Shown here in pieces: positions 59,481 to 64,000 of a stretch of 64,000 nt of DNA; position 1 is the first letter of the stretch, and each line of letters begins with the position of its first letter. Under the pieces are notes generated by a model, which was not told the origin of the DNA, ran no database searches, and worked only from the letters and a program-made list of their open reading frames with translations. Position numbers and translations under genes: made by a program. The stretch is taken from the NCBI GenBank assembly GCA_030390025.1, contig CM059432.1, positions 137,766,001-137,830,000 on the forward strand, given 5' to 3'. This DNA comes from Squalus acanthias. Its lineage: Eukaryota.

Positions 59481-60017
59481 AGCGGGTGAACCATCCTGCA
59501 TCCTCCCGCTCTGTGACACAGAGCATTCATATTCCAACGCTTAGGGCTATTGCACTGCCCATAAATATCTGTTAACCAAGAACCCAACTTTAACATATCT
59601 ATCAAACTTTTTTGTTCTTCCAAAAAAAAAATCCAAACCGGGACTCATTTCACTGCCTATTTTTCCAGATCAGTTGTTGCACAACTTTGCTTCCAAATAT
59701 TATTCTGGCCTTCCATGGCTTTCTCATGGCCCTGAAGTTTGACCAACATGTTTCTATTTGGTCTAAAAATATATTTAACCTCGATTTACATGAGGATTTA
59801 GAGGTGTCACGGGCTGGAAACTACACCGAGCACTCAGACAAAGAATGAAGTGAATTTTTTCACAGAATGAAACATTTGCGAGTTCTGACCTCGGCCTGGA
59901 AAGGATGCTCTAGTTGGGATTACTCGCCCGTGTTTTAGGGAAGGGAAAATCTGCCGTGGTCCCCACTACTGATCACTATCCAGCGACTTCTGCTCAAAGT
60001 TTGCATGTGTAGATTTC

Positions 60018-60082
60018 GAGAGGTCGCACAACACCAGGTTATAGTCCAACAGTTTTATTTGAAATCACAAGCTTTCGGAGCT
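60018..60082 (-). mobile_element. Single arm of the 28132-28337 Penelope-type family
   Basis: gagaggtcgcacaacaccagg...gctttcggagct, matching 28133-28198 apart from one indel. Confidence 0.88.
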
Positions 60083-60112
60083 ATCGATTTGCTCCACAGC
60101 AGAGATCAGAAT

Positions 60113-60482
60113 CACCACCGGCGTACCGTGGCTGCAGTGTGTACCATCTACAAAAGATGCACTGCAGCAACTCGCCAAGGTTTCTTCGACAGCACCTCCC
60201 AAACCCGCGACCACTTCCACCTAGAAGGACAAGGCCACCACCTCCAAGTTCCCCTCCAAGTCACACACCATCCTGACTTGGAAATATATCGCCGTTCCTT
60301 CATCATCGCTGGCTCAAAATCCTGGAACTCCCTCCCTAACAGCACTGTGGGAATACCTTCACCACACGGACTGCAGCAGGTTCAAGATGGCGGCTCACCA
60401 CCACCTTCTCGAGGGCAATTAGGGATGGGCAATAAATGCTGACCTTGCTAGTGACACCCACATACCGTGAATGAATGGAAAA
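60113..60482 (+). mobile_element. 3' end of the LINE family at 58840-59480
   Basis: HHRRTVAAVCTIYK; SWNSLPNS; tail gggcaattagggatgggcaataaatgctg. Confidence 0.85.
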
Positions 60483-61259
60483 AGGCTCGGTTATGATGCC
60501 AGCTATGGTAAAATGATCTGCCGATAATTACTTTTGAGGCGCAAAACGTGAGTAATGGCCGCTCGGATGCAGTATTGCTGCCTGTGGAATTATATACCAG
60601 CGAGGAATCAATGCCTTCTGTGGGCGGATTGCGAGAAAATTGACGGGGTATAAATAAATTTAAGTTTTAAAAAACCTGCTTTAAATCAAATATTTCTTGC
60701 TAAAATAATATTCCGCAAAAAGAACTGTATTTCTATCAAACCTCAGCAGCAGAATATCCTCGGGCAAGTTGCACAAAAAATATTTACGTAGAAGAACTGC
60801 TACTTAATTGTTATGAGCGTACAGAAGGTTGTAGAGAATAGTTTACATGTTGTTGCCACAGTGGGGCGATGTTGAACCTCTGTATAATCTGACTAATACA
60901 GACCAATGGAAAACCCATTCTTCCGTAATAACTCCAGCATAACTCACCACGGTTACTGCAAAGGCAAATGAGGCACAGTTGCCCCTGTTCTCACGACAAT
61001 TATGATGGAACAGCTCAGGCCGCTAACCAAATGCAAATCTGCACCCGGGTGATTTAGGACCCTCTGAATTTGATATTTGAGAGCTAATGCTGTCCCTTTA
61101 AAATTACATCTGGGAAACTTAGAGCATTTCATTACAGCTGTGTTCAGTGTAATATTAGTTGTTCCGAATTTGGATAAATAACAAATTACTGTGGTATTTG
61201 ATTTAAAAAAAGATAGATAACAGAATAACTGGCATAAATGCTAATTTAAAGAACCAATA

Positions 61260-61642
61260 GGTTAAGAACATAAGAACATAAGAAATAGGAGCAGGAATAG
61301 GCCACTTGGCACCCTCGAGCCTGCTCCGCCATTCAATAAGATCATGGCTGATCTTGGGCTCAAAGCCACTTCCCTGCCCGCTCCCCATAACCCTTCACTC
61401 CCTTATCTTGTAAAAATCTCCACCTTAAATGTATTTAATTACCTAGCCTCCACAGCTCTCTGGGGCAGAGATTTCCACAGATTTACAACCCTCTGAGAGA
61501 AGAAATTCCTCCTCATCTCAGTTCTAAAAGGGCGACCCTTTATTCTAAAACTGTGCCCCCGCGTTCTAGATTTCCCCACGAGGGGAAACATCCTCTCTGC
61601 ATCTACCTTGTCGTGCCCCCTCAGTATCTTATATGTTTCAAA
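61260..61642 (-). mobile_element. CR1 LINE 3' end
   Basis: (taagaaca)n tail; SRTRGHSFRIKG...RRNFFSQRVVNLW. Confidence 0.9.
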
Positions 61643-61805
61643 ATGTTGGGAGCGGAGGTGGAAATCTGAGACCACAGTCTCTCGTCTCCATTTTTGTTAA
61701 TCAGCAGGGTCTCTTATAGATAATTTATTCAACAATAGAGACCGAGCTAATGCTTTTTGAGTTAGATTCACTGGAAGCAAGTTGAATCCAACAAAGGGAA
61801 GTAAT

Positions 61806-62179
61806 GAGGATTGCCAACTCTGGTTGGATGTATTCATGGAGGTTTCATCACATGACCTCCCTCCTGCAACCACGCCCCACTCTCCCACCATTGGTTGCCC
61901 GACATGTCCATCCTCACAGGGCACCGTTTTCCCCCTCCGATTGGACAGTGAACAGACTCTTTGCGACCTGATTGGACGATTCAGTCCCACAGCCTTTATC
62001 CCCATCTCCAGTATTTTTTTAATAACAAATGAACAAAAGTGTTTAAAGAAAATGAAAAAACCCACTTTTTTTAAAAGCCCCGATGACTTTTCTCCCGGGT
62101 GTTGCTCACGGCAGCGTCCGGGAGTTTAATCTTTAAATCCAGGAGACTCCAGGACAATCCTGGAGGGTTGGCAACCCTA
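61806..62179. mobile_element. Non-autonomous hAT-type DNA transposon
   Basis: TIRs gaggattgccaac / gttggcaacccta; 8-bp TSD gaagtaat / gaagtaac. Confidence 0.82.
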
Positions 62180-62315
62180 GAAGTAACTAAAGTAGGAAAC
62201 TGATTCCTGTATTTGGTACTTGGCAGAAATGGCACCATGGTTACAATCGATTCATGATATTTAGAGTACAAATGGTTAACAAAACTAACTGTTGGCGACA
62301 CCTGGCTGTAATGAA

Positions 62316-62565
62316 AAAGAAAGACTTGCATTTATATAGCGCCTTTCGCAACCTCAGGACGCCCCAAAGCGCTTTACAGCAAATGAAGTACTTTTTGAAG
62401 TGGAGTCACTGTTGTAATGTAGGAAACGCAGCAGACAATCTGCGCACAGCAAGCTCCCACAAACAGCAATGTGATAACGACCAGATAATCTGGGGTTTTT
62501 TTTCAGTAATTGAGGGATAAATATTGCCCAGGACACCGGGGAGAACTCCGCTGCTCTTCTTCAAA
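62316..62565 (-). mobile_element. DeuSINE, 5'-truncated
   Basis: Tail and Deu core. Confidence 0.85.
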
Positions 62566-63059
62566 CAACCTAAAATAATCACAAAGTAGGCAGCACAAAC
62601 GTTTCCATGGTCCCACAGCCAACGCGCTGGTTCTGAAGTGACTTTTTTTGGGCAAGGCTAAATAAAGCTGGCTGGAAAATTCCTCCCAACCGCAACACAT
62701 TTTACATTCTTTTTCAGATTCTGCATTTGACCAGCTTGGAATAGAGTGTGAGTGGTACACTAATGGCGTTGCAGTGTACAGCGGGTAGATTAATAAAAAA
62801 GGATCTAGCTGGACCTCCCTGAAATAAGGATCGAAACACTGAAATAATACACTCAGGATAGAAGTTGGTCCTGAGGGAGATAGGACTTGTATATATTAAA
62901 CTACACAGGGTGATCTCATATATTATGTAGGGCATAAACACAACAGTGCAACATAAATTGTATTACTCACAGCCATCTGGGATTCTGTCTACACAACAAG
63001 GTTGCCGTCTAGGGAAAAATAAGTCGGAATTTATAATATTTTTCAAAATATATATTTTA

Positions 63060-63248
63060 CCACAAGGAGTGGTTGAGGCGAATAGCACAGATGCATTTCA
63101 GGGGAAGCTAGATAAACACATGAGGGAGAAAGGAAAAGAAGGATAGGGTGAGATGAATTAGGGTAGGAGGAGGCTCGTGTGGAGCATAAACACAGGCAAA
63201 GACCCAATGGCCTGTTTCTGTGCTGTAAATTCTATGTAATTCTATGTA
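63060..63248 (+). mobile_element. CR1 3' end
   Basis: LPQGVVEANS..AFQGKLDKHM; tail aattctatgtaattctatgt. Confidence 0.8.
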
Positions 63249-63251
63249 TGG

Positions 63252-63850
63252 CGGCTTTCACAGCCTCAGCACGTCCCAAAACGCTTTCATAGAATCATTA
63301 TATGGTTACAGCACGGAAGAAGGCCATTCGGCCCGTCGAGCCTGTGCCGGCTCTCTGCAAGAGCACTTCAGCTAGTCCCACTCCCCCGCCCTTTCCCCGC
63401 AGCCCTGCAAATGTTTCTCCTTCAGGTACTTAGCCAACTCCCTTTTGAAAGCCATGATTGAGTCTGCCTCCACCACCCTTTCAGGCAGTGCATTCCAGAT
63501 CCTAACCACGCGCTGAGTAAAAAAGTTTCCCCTCTTGTCACCTTTGATTTTTCTGCCAAATCACCTTAAAGCTTTACAGCCAATAAAGTACTTTATTTTT
63601 GAAGTGTAGTCGCTGTTGTAATGTAGGAAACCCAATTTGTGCACAGCAAGCTCCCACAAACAGCAGTGTGATACTTGACCAGATAATCTGTTTTAGTGAT
63701 GTTGGTTGAGGGATAAATATTGGCCAGGGACACCGGGGAGAACTGACTCTTCTTCGAAATAGTGGCTGTGGGAACTTTTACATTCACCTGAGAGAGCAGA
63801 CGGAGCCTTGGTTTAACATCTCATCTGAAAGACGGCAACTCCGACAGTGC
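63252..63850 (-). mobile_element. DeuSINE interrupted by a minus-strand CR1 3' fragment (63288-63568)
   Basis: SINE breaks at aaacgcttt and resumes at aaagctttacagccaat; the insert is the reverse complement of ~53855-54130. Confidence 0.82.
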
Positions 63851-64000
63851 GGCCCAACAGGTCTATGCCGGTGTTTATGCTCCACATGAACCTCCTCCCA
63901 CCCTACTTCATCTCAGCCTATCAGCGTATCCTTCTATTCCTTTATCCCTCATGTGTTTATCTAACTTCCCCTTAAATGCATCTATGCTCAACCACTCCAT
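63851..64000 (-). mobile_element. CR1 3' UTR fragment running off the window
   Basis: Matches 3181-3335. Confidence 0.8.

Larger units (their letters stand above)
59935..60620 (+). mobile_element. Old SINE-like repeat interrupted by 60018-60482
   Basis: Blocks shared with 12860-13085 lie on both sides of the insertion. Confidence 0.45.

Noticed and set aside
1..64000. CRISPR arrays, prokaryotic operons or defence systems
   Set aside because: Eukaryotic repeat landscape; no regularly spaced repeat-spacer array, and the RT domains all belong to LINEs

Overview
Vertebrate genomic DNA, most likely a cartilaginous fish (shark). This is inferred from the repeat content: DeuSINE/SacSINE1-like SINEs, CR1 LINEs with an SGNH-esterase ORF1, L2, RTE, Penelope and PIF/Harbinger elements. 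The window is mostly layered, nested transposon debris and contains no complete host gene. A CpG-island promoter at about 26.3-27.9 kb carries clustered YY1 motifs, a triplicated module and a candidate minus-strand first exon encoding MPRGRPPKTALKNSETA. The left ~27 kb is therefore probably intronic and the right ~36 kb upstream or intergenic. The most interesting structures are: (1) very short Penelope-derived insertions (96-240 bp) that carry minimal hammerhead-ribozyme cores, have target-site duplications (TSDs), and mostly form long fold-back palindromes turning at the ribozyme; (2) Harbinger-type elements whose ends keep a fixed 15 nt + 12 bp stem + 9 nt loop geometry with compensatory changes; (3) a stacked-hairpin cassette in another Harbinger-type element; and (4) a 229-bp solo LTR with a CTCF-like motif. 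All comparisons were made by eye, and boundaries of degraded repeats are approximate.
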